Assembly: GCA_963727505.1 (NCBI GenBank)
Contig: CAVSGP010000006.1
Span: forward strand, 64,001-128,000
Direction: 5' to 3'
Length of the DNA stretch: 64,000 nt
Source: an uncultured Trueperaceae bacterium
Lineage (GTDB): Bacteria; Deinococcota; Deinococci; Deinococcales; Trueperaceae
In this document: piece by piece, positions 9,560 through 20,320 of the stretch
How the letters are laid out: each line of letters begins with the position of its first letter
Position numbering within the stretch: position 1 is the stretch's first letter
Made by a program: the position numbers and the translations under genes
Notes under the pieces: generated by a model
Seen by the model: only the letters and a program-made list of their open reading frames with translations
What the model was told of the DNA's origin: nothing
Database searches by the model: none

Positions 9560-11388
9560 GACCTCGGAGCGTGGCCGCCGGGCTGGCGGGCGCGGCGCTG
9601 CTGATCGCGCTGCCCTGGCTGCTGCCGCCCTTCTATTCCAACCTGCTGTGCTTCATCGCCATCTACGGTGGTGTGGCCAGCGGCCTCATCCTGCTGACCG
9701 GCTACGCCGGGCTGGTGAGCCTCGGGCAGGGGGCCTTCTACGGCATCGGTGCCTACGGCGCCGTCGTCCTGGCTGGCAGCTACGGGGTCGACCCCTGGCT
9801 CAGCCTGCTGCTCGGCACGCTGCTCGCTGCGGCGGCGGGTTACCTCGTGGGACTCCCCATCCTGCGGCTATCGGGTCACTATCTTGCGCTGGCGACGCTG
9901 GCCTGGGGCATCATCGCCACCATCCTGTTCACCCAGCTGGCATCGCTCACGGGCGGGCCCAACGGCTTCACGAACGTTCCGGTGCTGCGCCTGTTCGGAC
10001 TCGACTTCATCGATCCGAGCCGCTTCTACTACCTGACACTCGTCTTCGCGGTGTTGGCGGTGGTCGCCCTGGCGTCGCTGATCCGCAGCCGTGCCGGCCG
10101 CGCGGTGCGCGCCATGCGCTCGAGCGAGGTCGCGGCCGCCAGCATCGGCATGGAGGTCGGTCGCCTGAAGCTGCAGGTGTTCGTGCTGGCCGCCGCCCTG
10201 GCCGGCCTCGGCGGCGCGCTTTTCGCCTATTTCATCGCCTACATAAGCCCCAGCGCCTTCGACCTGGGCGCGTCGATCCGGCTGCTGACCATGGCCATGA
10301 TCGGCGGCGCCCATCCGCTCGGTGGGGTGCTGGGCGCAGCCGTGGTGACGCTGCTCGACGACGTGCTGCAGAACGTCATCCCCAACGCCAGCGGGCAGGC
10401 GGGGCTGGTCCAGGTGATCGCCTACGGCGCCATCCTCGTCGGGCTCATGCTGGCGAGCCCGCGCGGGCTCGAGCCCCTGCTGGCACGCTTGTGGCGGGTG
10501 CGCTTCCGCTCCGTGCCGAACGCCGCAGCGGCGCCGTCCGGCCCCGTGCCGCCCGAGCCTGCGCCGCCCGAGCCTGCGCCGCCCGAGCCTGCGTGGTCCG
10601 AGCCTGCGCCGCCCGAGCGACCGCAACCGCGATCCGGCGCCCTCCTGGAGGCGCGTGAGCTCGGCCGCAGCTTCGGCGGCCTCCAGGCCGTCGACGGCCT
10701 GGGCTTCCAGCTGCGCAGCGGCGAGATCCTGGGCCTGATCGGTCCCAACGGCGCCGGCAAGACCACCGCCTTCAACGTCATCAGCGGGTTGCTGCCGCCC
10801 AGCGAGGGGCGGGTGCTGCTCGGAGGTGACGATGTGACCGGCCTGCCGGCGCAGCGCATGGCGCGGCGCGGCCTGACCCGGACCTTCCAGAACACCGCCC
10901 TGTTCGACATGAGCGTGCTCGAGAACGTCATGGCGGGGTGCTATATCCACACCCGCGGCGGCGTATGGGCCGGCGTGCTGGGGCTGGGGCGCGCCGACGA
11001 GGCGCGGGCCGAGCGCGAGGCGCGGGGAGCGCTCGAGCGGGTCGGGCTGACGGAGCTCGACGTCCGTGCGCCGTCGCTACCGGTGGGAAAGCAGCGGTTG
11101 CTGGAGGTGGCACGTTCGTTGGCGATGCGCCCCGCGGTGCTGCTGCTCGACGAGCCCGCCGCGGGACTGCGCTACGCCGAGAAGCGCGAGCTCGCAGGGC
11201 TGCTCGGCGCGCTCCGTGACGAGGGGCTCGCGATCCTCCTGGTCGAGCACGATATGGACCTGGTGATGGGTGTGGCCGACCGCATCGTGGTGATGAACTA
11301 CGGCCAGATGTTGACCGAGGGCCCGCCGGAGCAGGTCCGGCAGGATCCCGACGTCATCGCGGCCTATCTGGGGTTGGACGCGGCATGA
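9556..11388 (+). CDS. LivM-LivG fusion (permease plus ATPase)
   Basis: N-terminal GYAGLVSLGQ/GHYLALATLA permease; C-terminal Walker A GPNGAGKTT, LLLDEP, VEHD; Pro-rich linker between them. Confidence 0.88.
   Translation: MRPRSVAAGLAGAALLIALPWLLPPFYSNLLCFIAIYGGVASGLILLTGYAGLVSLGQGAFYGIGAYGAVVLAGSYGVDPWLSLLLGTLLAAAAGYLVGLPILRLSGHYLALATLAWGIIATILFTQLASLTGGPNGFTNVPVLRLFGLDFIDPSRFYYLTLVFAVLAVVALASLIRSRAGRAVRAMRSSEVAAASIGMEVGRLKLQVFVLAAALAGLGGALFAYFIAYISPSAFDLGASIRLLTMAMIGGAHPLGGVLGAAVVTLLDDVLQNVIPNASGQAGLVQVIAYGAILVGLMLASPRGLEPLLARLWRVRFRSVPNAAAAPSGPVPPEPAPPEPAPPEPAWSEPAPPERPQPRSGALLEARELGRSFGGLQAVDGLGFQLRSGEILGLIGPNGAGKTTAFNVISGLLPPSEGRVLLGGDDVTGLPAQRMARRGLTRTFQNTALFDMSVLENVMAGCYIHTRGGVWAGVLGLGRADEARAEREARGALERVGLTELDVRAPSLPVGKQRLLEVARSLAMRPAVLLLDEPAAGLRYAEKRELAGLLGALRDEGLAILLVEHDMDLVMGVADRIVVMNYGQMLTEGPPEQVRQDPDVIAAYLGLDAA
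10546..10620 (+). repeat. 15-bp tandem repeat x5 encoding the (APPEP)n linker
   Basis: gcgccgcccgagcct units between the permease and ATPase domains. Confidence 0.9.
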
Positions 11389-11455
11389 GCCGGCCGGCGG
11401 GCCCCCGGTGCGTCGGAGCGCGGCGCCCGTTCGCGGGTGCCCGGGGAGGAAGGCC

Positions 11456-12211
11456 GTGAGTGCCGCTTCCCCGCGGAGCGCCGACGCGCTGCTGCGCGTC
11501 GACGGGCTCGAGGTCGCCTACGGCGGCGTGCAGGCGCTCGTCGGCGTGTCGCTGGCGGTGCGCGCCGGGGAGGTCGTGACCGTGATCGGCGCCAACGGCG
11601 CGGGCAAGACCAGCCTGGTGCACGCGGTCACAGGCGTCGTCCCCAAGCGGGGGGGCCGGGTGATGTTCGACGGCGCGGACGTGACCCGCATGCCGCCCGA
11701 GGTGCTGGTGGGACGGGGCCTCACGCTGGTACCCGAGCGACGCGAGCTGTTCGGCGCGCTGTCGGTGCAGGACAACCTGCGACTGGGAGCCTTCCTGCGT
11801 GCGAACCATGCCGCGCTCGTGCGCCGCGACCTGGCCCGCGTGTACGACATCTTCCCCCGTCTGGCCGAGCGGCGCCGGCAGCGTGCGGGCACGCTGTCGG
11901 GGGGTGAGCAGCAGATGCTGGCGCTGGGAAGGGCGATGATGAGCGGTCCTCGGCTGCTGTTGCTCGACGAGCCCAGCCTCGGGCTCGCGCCGCTGATCGT
12001 GCAGGAGATCCTGCGGGTGATCACGGCGCTGCGTGACGAGGGGGTCACGGTGCTGCTGATCGAACAGAACGCGCGCGCCGCGCTCAAGCTCGCGGACTAC
12101 GGCTACCTGCTGGAAGCCGGCGAAGTGGTCACGGGGGCGCCCGCCGATCGTCTGGAGCGTGACGAGCGCGTCCGGGCGGCCTATCTCGGTGCCGGGCCGA
12201 GGATGAGCTGA
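11456..12211 (+). CDS. LivF-like ABC ATP-binding protein
   Basis: GANGAGKT, LSGGEQQMLA, LLLDEPSLGLAP; SD GGAGGA before GTG. Confidence 0.9.
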   Translation: MSAASPRSADALLRVDGLEVAYGGVQALVGVSLAVRAGEVVTVIGANGAGKTSLVHAVTGVVPKRGGRVMFDGADVTRMPPEVLVGRGLTLVPERRELFGALSVQDNLRLGAFLRANHAALVRRDLARVYDIFPRLAERRRQRAGTLSGGEQQMLALGRAMMSGPRLLLLDEPSLGLAPLIVQEILRVITALRDEGVTVLLIEQNARAALKLADYGYLLEAGEVVTGAPADRLERDERVRAAYLGAGPRMS

Positions 12212-12225
12212 GGCCTGCGGGCCCC

Positions 12226-13065
12226 TTACAGGTTGCGCAACGTCTTCAGGTCCCGCTCGTGGCCCTTGCCGTCGTCGCCCAGCGGCGTCTCCAGGATCAT
12301 CGGCAACGAGGCGAAGCGCGCGTCTTGCGTGATGACGGCGAAGAAGTCGCGGCCGATCTCGCCCTCGAGGATGGAGGCGTGCCGGTCCTTGCGGCTGCCC
12401 AGCGGGTGGACGGCGTCGTTGAGGTGGACCGCGCGCAGGCGCGCCAGACCCACGGCGCGGTCGAGCGCCTCCATCGTCGCGCCGTAACCCTCCTCGTCGC
12501 GAAGGTCGTACCCCGCGGCGAAGGCGTGGCAGGAGTCGAAGCAGATGCCCAGGCGCTCGGGGTCGTCGACGCGGGCGAGGATCGCACCGAGCTCCTCGAA
12601 GTCGGCGCCCAGGGTGCTGCCCTGGCCGGCGGTGTTCTCGAGCAGCACCCGCGCTTCCAGCTCGGGACGGAGGGCGAACACGCGGTCGAGCGCGCGCGCC
12701 ACCCGCTCGACCCCGGCCTCCACCCCCTCGCCCACGTGGGCACCGGGGTGGAGCACCAGGCCGGGAACGCCCAGCCGGTCGCAGCGTTCGAGCTCGTCGC
12801 TGAGCGCGGTCAGGGACTTCTCGCTCAGCTCGTCGTCGGGGCTGGCCAGATTGATCAGGTAGCTGGCGTGCGCCACCACCGGCCAGCCGGTGTCGGCGTG
12901 CTGCTCGCGGAACGACGCTACTTCGTCGTCGGCCAGCACACGGCCGCGCCAGCGGCTGGCGTTCTTCACGAAGATCTGGAGGGCGTCGCAGCCGATGTCG
13001 CGACCCCGCTCGAAGGCGTTGTGCGTTCCCCCGGCGACCGACACGTGTGCTCCCAGGCGGGCCAT
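12226..13065 (-). CDS. nfo: Endonuclease IV (AP endonuclease)
   Basis: LGAHVSVAGG, HASYLINLA, HPG, LENTAGQG, CFDSCHAFAAGYD, HLND, DRH, ILETP. Confidence 0.93.
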   Translation of the reverse strand: MARLGAHVSVAGGTHNAFERGRDIGCDALQIFVKNASRWRGRVLADDEVASFREQHADTGWPVVAHASYLINLASPDDELSEKSLTALSDELERCDRLGVPGLVLHPGAHVGEGVEAGVERVARALDRVFALRPELEARVLLENTAGQGSTLGADFEELGAILARVDDPERLGICFDSCHAFAAGYDLRDEEGYGATMEALDRAVGLARLRAVHLNDAVHPLGSRKDRHASILEGEIGRDFFAVITQDARFASLPMILETPLGDDGKGHERDLKTLRNL

Positions 13066-13066
13066 G

Positions 13067-13157
13067 GGCGGCAGTCTACCGCGGACGGGGCGGGCCGTGC
13101 CGGTGCCCCGGGCGACGCCCGGCCGGGCGTCTCGAGGCCGGTGGTAGACTCGCCGCC
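13067..13157. promoter_or_regulatory. Divergent leaderless promoter region of nfo/nucS, with terminal inverted repeats and a central palindrome
   Basis: TAGACT lies 7 nt before each start codon; ggcggcagtctacc (13067-13080) mirrors ggtagactcgccgcc (13143-13157); perfect palindrome gacgcccggccgggcgtc at 13114-13131. Confidence 0.65.
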
Positions 13158-13919
13158 GTGATCCGCGCACAACGGGCTCATCCCGCCCCCGACGAGCTGG
13201 CCGCGTTCCTCGACGAGCACCTACGGACGGGGGACTGCCTCGTGCAGGTGGTGAGCGAATGCGAGGTCCTCTACAGCGGTCGTGCGGCGAGCGTCGCCGA
13301 GGCCGGCGACTACCTCGTGATCGTGAAGCAGGACGGGAGCGTGCAGGTGCACGGCCACCGCAGCGTCAAGCCCGTGAACTGGCAGCCGCAGACCGACGAC
13401 ATCTTCGTGGGTGTCGAGGACGGGGTGGCGGTGATGCGGGCCGAGCGCTTCAACCCCGGCGAGATGGTGCGGATCGCCTTCCTGGCGCCGGCACTGGTGC
13501 AGGCGTTGGAGCTGCGGGAGTCTGGAGGCTTCGTGCTGATGGGGAGCGAGGCCGAGATGCAGCAGGCGCTGGCGCGCCACCCGGAGGTCATCGAGCCGGG
13601 TCTGGAGGTGCTCCACCGCGAGCTGCCGACCGACGTCGGCGGGATCGATCTGTTCGCGCGCGACGCCGACGGCGCCCTGGTGGTCGTCGAGCTCAAGCGC
13701 TCCAAGGCCAATCAGGAGGCGGTGCATCAGCTCAGCCGCTACGTCCAGAGCGTGCGCCGGCTCGGTTCGCAGCGGGTGCGCGGCATCCTGGCGGCGCCGG
13801 CCGTGACGGCGCCCGCGCTCAACCAGCTCGGCAACCTCGGCCTGGAGTACCGGGAGGTCTCGGCGCTGCCGATGGACGACGCGGGTGACGCCCAGCCCTC
13901 GCTGTTCGCGCCCGCCTAG
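13158..13919 (+). CDS. nucS: Endonuclease NucS/EndoMS
   Basis: CEVLYSGRA, IVKQDGSVQVH, PVNWQ, RecB-like IDL..D..VVELKR..QLSRY, RGILAAP; C-terminal QPSLF. Confidence 0.9.
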   Translation: MIRAQRAHPAPDELAAFLDEHLRTGDCLVQVVSECEVLYSGRAASVAEAGDYLVIVKQDGSVQVHGHRSVKPVNWQPQTDDIFVGVEDGVAVMRAERFNPGEMVRIAFLAPALVQALELRESGGFVLMGSEAEMQQALARHPEVIEPGLEVLHRELPTDVGGIDLFARDADGALVVVELKRSKANQEAVHQLSRYVQSVRRLGSQRVRGILAAPAVTAPALNQLGNLGLEYREVSALPMDDAGDAQPSLFAPA

Positions 13920-13991
13920 TTCGTTCGCGCCTGCCTAGCGACGTGCGGGCTGCCCTGGCGGGGGCTGTCCAGGAGCCGTAAACTATTCCAT

Positions 13992-14438
13992 ATGAAACAG
14001 GCCAGCGGCTCGACGGACTACATCGACCTGGCGAGGGCGGTGTTGCGGCTGTCACGCCACCTCTACCGCACCTTCGACGAGGCGCTGGGGCCCGCCTACG
14101 GCATCGCGACGAAGGACTACCTGGTCCTGCGCGTCGTGCAGGGCGGCGAGGTGCACCCGGGGGGCGTGGCCACGTATCTGAACATGCCTCCGGCGAGTGT
14201 CAGCCGGGTCCTGGAACGTCTCGAGGCGAAGGGGTATCTTGAGCGCTCGGTGGATCCGGCGGACCATCGCCGCTTCATCCTCGCCGTCACCCCCGAGGGT
14301 GAGAGGACGGCGGACGCCATCCGCGACCTCATCCGCAGGACGCTCGGCAAGACCTACGCCCACGTGCCTGCCGAGGCGCTGCGGGCCGCGGTCGAGCATC
14401 TGTCCACCCTCAACGAGGTCATCGAACAGCGTTCGTAG
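13992..14438 (+). CDS. MarR family transcriptional regulator
   Basis: wHTH with SVSRVLERLEAKGYLERSVDPADHRR..TPEG; sits upstream of an MFS exporter. Confidence 0.88.
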   Translation: MKQASGSTDYIDLARAVLRLSRHLYRTFDEALGPAYGIATKDYLVLRVVQGGEVHPGGVATYLNMPPASVSRVLERLEAKGYLERSVDPADHRRFILAVTPEGERTADAIRDLIRRTLGKTYAHVPAEALRAAVEHLSTLNEVIEQRS

Positions 14439-14521
14439 GCTCGACCGGCTGAGTCCACAGCGCATGCCCGGGCCGATCCGGCCCACGGTGCCCATGTGGC
14501 GCCGCCCTGGAGGAGACCCCT

Positions 14522-16183
14522 TTGGAGACCGAACCGACGCAGCGGCGGCGGGCGGCGCGCCCCCGCGCCGAGGCGCAGTCGAGCAACCGCATCACGGGCC
14601 GCAAGCGCTGGTGGGCGCTGGGCGCCGTGCTGCTCACCATGTTCTTCTCGTCGCTCGACCAGACCGTGGTGTCCACGGCGATCCCCACCATCGTCAGCGA
14701 GTTGCACGGCTTCAACATCTATGCCTGGCTGGTCACGGCCTACATGATGGCTTCGGCGGTGACGGTACCGCTCTACGGCAAGCTCTCGGACATGTACGGG
14801 CGCAAGCCGTTCTTCATCTTCGGGCTGAGCGTCTTCGCCGTCGGCTCGATCCTCTCGGGGCAGTCGCAGACCATGCTCGAGCTCATCCTCTTCCGCGGCG
14901 TCCAGGGGATCGGCGCGGGCGCCATGCTGACCATGCCGCGCGCCACCATCGGCGACATCTTCAACCCGCGTGAGCGCGGCCAGTGGATGGGCGTCATCGG
15001 CGCCGTCTTCGGGCTGGCCAGCGTCATCGGCCCTACCTTGGGCGGCTGGATCACCGACACCATCGGGTGGCGCTGGATCTTCTACATCAACCTGCCGGTG
15101 GCGGCGCTGGCCATCGCTGGCGTCCTGTTCGCCCTGCCGAGCGTGCGTGTCGATGCTCGCGTCAAGCTCGACTGGCGCGGCAGCGTGCTCCTGGTGGTGG
15201 GGCTGGTCCCGATCCTGCTCGGGTTCACATGGGCGGGCGGTCGTCTCGCCTGGACGAGCCCCGAGCTGATGGGCCTGTTCGCTCTGGGGCTGGCGTTCCT
15301 GGTGCTCTTCGCGATCAACGAGGGCCGGGCCGAGAACCCCATCCTGGAGCCCGCACTGTTCCGCAACGGGATCTTCAACACCACGCTCGTCATCGCGCTG
15401 TTCATCACCATGGCGATGTTCGGCGCCCTCATCTTCCTGCCGCTGTTCGTTCAGGGTGCGCTGGAGTACTCGGCGGCCAGCTCCGGCTACATCCTCACGC
15501 CGATGATGCTCAGCCTGGTGGTCGCCTCCATGGTCGGCGGTCAGATCGTCACCCGCACCGGGCGTTACAAGGTGCTGACCGTGGTGGGCGCGCTGCTGCT
15601 GGTCACCGGGCTGGTGCTGTTCACCCAGATGAGTCTCACTACCACCTGGGTGGGCGTGGTGCGCAACATGATCGTGTTCGGGCTCGGGCTGGGCACGATC
15701 TTGCCACAGCTCAACACGGTGGTGCTCAACGTGTTCCCCTACCGGATGATGGGCGCGGTCAGCGCCACCCAGCAGTTCGTGCGCTCGCTCGCCGGCGTCA
15801 TCGCCGCGCCCATCCTGGGTACGGTGCTGGCCCGCTCGGTGGACGCCAGCCTCGCCCGGGACATGCCCGGTCAGCTCAAGCAGGCGATGGCGGCAGGGGG
15901 CGTGCAGCCGGGCAGCCTCGACCCGCAGCAGCTCCTCTCGGCGCAGGCGCAGCAGGCCATCCGCTCGCGCTTCGACGCCTTCGGCGCGGCGGGCGACAAG
16001 CTCTACAAGCAGTTCCTCGACGCCGTGCACCATGCGCTCGCGAGCGGGACGCGGGAGCTCTTCACGATCGCGCTGGTGTTCGGGGTGCTGGCGCTGGTGG
16101 CCACGTTCTTCCTGCGCGAGGTGCGGCTGAAGCGCGACGAGTTCTTCGACGAGCCCGCGGCGGCACCGGAGGGTCCGGCCTGA
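14522..16183 (+). CDS. DHA2 (EmrB/QacA-type) 14-TM MFS efflux transporter
   Basis: LDQTVVSTAIPTI, GKLSDMYGRK, RGVQGIGAG, GPTLGGWIT..WRWIFYINLP; TTG start after SD GGAGGA. Confidence 0.9.
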   Translation: METEPTQRRRAARPRAEAQSSNRITGRKRWWALGAVLLTMFFSSLDQTVVSTAIPTIVSELHGFNIYAWLVTAYMMASAVTVPLYGKLSDMYGRKPFFIFGLSVFAVGSILSGQSQTMLELILFRGVQGIGAGAMLTMPRATIGDIFNPRERGQWMGVIGAVFGLASVIGPTLGGWITDTIGWRWIFYINLPVAALAIAGVLFALPSVRVDARVKLDWRGSVLLVVGLVPILLGFTWAGGRLAWTSPELMGLFALGLAFLVLFAINEGRAENPILEPALFRNGIFNTTLVIALFITMAMFGALIFLPLFVQGALEYSAASSGYILTPMMLSLVVASMVGGQIVTRTGRYKVLTVVGALLLVTGLVLFTQMSLTTTWVGVVRNMIVFGLGLGTILPQLNTVVLNVFPYRMMGAVSATQQFVRSLAGVIAAPILGTVLARSVDASLARDMPGQLKQAMAAGGVQPGSLDPQQLLSAQAQQAIRSRFDAFGAAGDKLYKQFLDAVHHALASGTRELFTIALVFGVLALVATFFLREVRLKRDEFFDEPAAAPEGPA

Positions 16184-16207
16184 CGACGGCTGCGCTATCC
16201 TTCGGGT

Positions 16208-16714
16208 ATGGAGGACCCGGCTTCAGCGAACGGCATCGAAGTCCGCGAGGTCACGCTCCCCGGCGTCGGCAAGAAGTACGTCATGGGCCTCAGGGCGGGC
16301 GGAAACGTGGCGGTGGTGGTGCGGCCCGATGGCGAACGGCAGCTCCACCACTTCCTGGAGCACGGCGATCGTCCCCGTGACGTGGTCCGGGTGGACGCCG
16401 ACGAGGCGCAGCAGCTCGCCAACCTGCTCGGGCGGCCGGTGGTCCAGGCGCCGAGCGTCGAGGACCTCGATCTCATCCTGGGCGCCCTCGAGATCGACTG
16501 GGTCCCGCTCGGCGAGGCGTCTCCGCTGGCCGGTCGGGCGCTGGGCGCCTCGCAGATGCGCCAGCGCACCGGAGCGAGCGTCATCGCCATCCTGCGCGAA
16601 GGACGCGCCCTCGCCAACCCCGGGGTCGAAACGGTGTTCGAGCCCGGCGATACCCTCCTGCTGATCGGATCTCCCGCCCAGACGGACGCCGCCCGCGCCC
16701 TCATCGCCGGCTGA
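16208..16714 (+). CDS. KhtT-like regulatory subunit of a K+/H+ antiporter (TrkA-C/RCK_C domain)
   Basis: EVTLPGVGKKY N-terminus; RQRTGASVIAILR..NPG..F..GDTL. Confidence 0.85.
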   Translation: MEDPASANGIEVREVTLPGVGKKYVMGLRAGGNVAVVVRPDGERQLHHFLEHGDRPRDVVRVDADEAQQLANLLGRPVVQAPSVEDLDLILGALEIDWVPLGEASPLAGRALGASQMRQRTGASVIAILREGRALANPGVETVFEPGDTLLLIGSPAQTDAARALIAG

Positions 16715-16738
16715 CGCGCCGGCCTCGGAGCCAGGACC

Positions 16739-17941
16739 TTGACGCCGCTGCTCGAGCTCGGCCTCCTCGCCCTCGGGCTCTACCTCGCCGGCGAACTCAG
16801 CCGCCGGCTGGGGGTGTCGCCCGTGGTGGGCTACATCCTGCTCGGTATCCTGCTGGGACCGCACGGGGTCGTCCCGGTGTACCGCATCGGACCCACCACC
16901 GCGTTGCTGGGCGAGCTGGGTCTGCTTCTCCTGCTGTTCTACCTGGGCCTGGAGTTCTCCCTCGGGCGGTTGCTCGAGGGGACCGGCCCGACGCTGCTGG
17001 CTGGCGCCGTCGATCTGGCGAACTTCGCCGTCGGGTTCGGCGTGGCCGTCCTGCTGGGGTTCGGCTGGCTGGCCGGCCTGTTCCTGGGGGGCGTGGTGTA
17101 CGTCTCCAGCTCCGGCGTGATCGCCCGATTGCTGGCCGACAGCGATCTGCTGGCCTACCCCGAGGCGGAGCGCACGCTGGGCGTGCTGGTGTTCGAGGAC
17201 CTGGCGATGGTGGTCGTGCTGGTGGGACTGGGACTCCTCACCGCCGGCGGTGGCGGCTGGTCCTTCGCCGGCGCCGTGCTGTTCCTTGCCCTTTACGGCC
17301 TGCTGGCACGCTACGGGAAACGACTGCTGGCGCGCCTGCTGGACCTCGAAGGGGAGGCGCTGGCGCTGCTCTCCCTGGCGATGTTGGCGCTGGTGGCGGC
17401 AGGCGCCCTGGCGCTGGGGTTCCCGGCCGCGGTGGCCGCGTTCCTGCTGGGCATGGCGGTGGCCGAGTCCGGGCACCGGCCGCGGGTCGAGAGCGCGCTC
17501 CGCTCCTGGTACGACGTGGCGGCCGCCAGCTTCTTCCTGGTGGTGGGGCTGCATGTCGAGCTGGCGACCGCCCTGCGGGAGTTGCCGCTGGCGCTGCTGC
17601 TGGTGGCCGTCACGGTCGTCGCCGGCCTGATCACCGGCTTCCTGGGCGGGCGTGCCAGCGGGCTCAGCCGGCGCGCCGCAGTCGGGCACGGCCTGATGCT
17701 ACTGCCGCGCGGCGAGTTCTCGCTGGTGATCGCGAGCCTCGCCGCAGAGGCAGCCGCCCTGCCGGAGGGCACGCGCCAGGCGCTCCTCGGGGCGACCTCG
17801 CTGTACGTGGTGCTGATGGTGGTGATCGGGAGCGTCGTGTTCGCGCGCTTCGACGTCGTGAACGATCTCCTGAGCCGCCCGCTGCTGCCCGACGCCGAGC
17901 GCGAGGAGCAGGAGGCGCTCGAAGCGTTCCCGCTGGAGTGA
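16739..17941 (+). CDS. CPA2 cation:proton antiporter (KhtU-like)
   Basis: GLLLLLFYLGLEFS, SSSGVIA, GVLVFEDL, PRGEFSLVIA. Confidence 0.88.
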   Translation: MTPLLELGLLALGLYLAGELSRRLGVSPVVGYILLGILLGPHGVVPVYRIGPTTALLGELGLLLLLFYLGLEFSLGRLLEGTGPTLLAGAVDLANFAVGFGVAVLLGFGWLAGLFLGGVVYVSSSGVIARLLADSDLLAYPEAERTLGVLVFEDLAMVVVLVGLGLLTAGGGGWSFAGAVLFLALYGLLARYGKRLLARLLDLEGEALALLSLAMLALVAAGALALGFPAAVAAFLLGMAVAESGHRPRVESALRSWYDVAAASFFLVVGLHVELATALRELPLALLLVAVTVVAGLITGFLGGRASGLSRRAAVGHGLMLLPRGEFSLVIASLAAEAAALPEGTRQALLGATSLYVVLMVVIGSVVFARFDVVNDLLSRPLLPDAEREEQEALEAFPLE

Positions 17942-17969
17942 CGCCGAAGGTCGTGGAGCCGGCGGCCCC

Positions 17970-20142
<2,173 letters not shown>

Positions 20143-20320
20143 AGACCGTTCGCCCTTCGCGACGGAACGCGGGCGCGCTCCGGCTCGGCAAGGATATCCA
20201 GTGCTATGGCAGGGGGCGGTGGGGGTCTTCACAACGTCCGGGATGCGGGCCGGGAAGCGGTGGTGGGGGATAAAGCTTCTCACGACGCCGTCCCAGTCGG
20301 CGCTGCTAGACTTAGTCGGC

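Noticed and set aside
13066..13157. Deinococcus radiation/desiccation response motif upstream of the repair genes
   Set aside because: The spacer is GC-rich and contains no AT-rich 17-bp RDRM-like palindrome.
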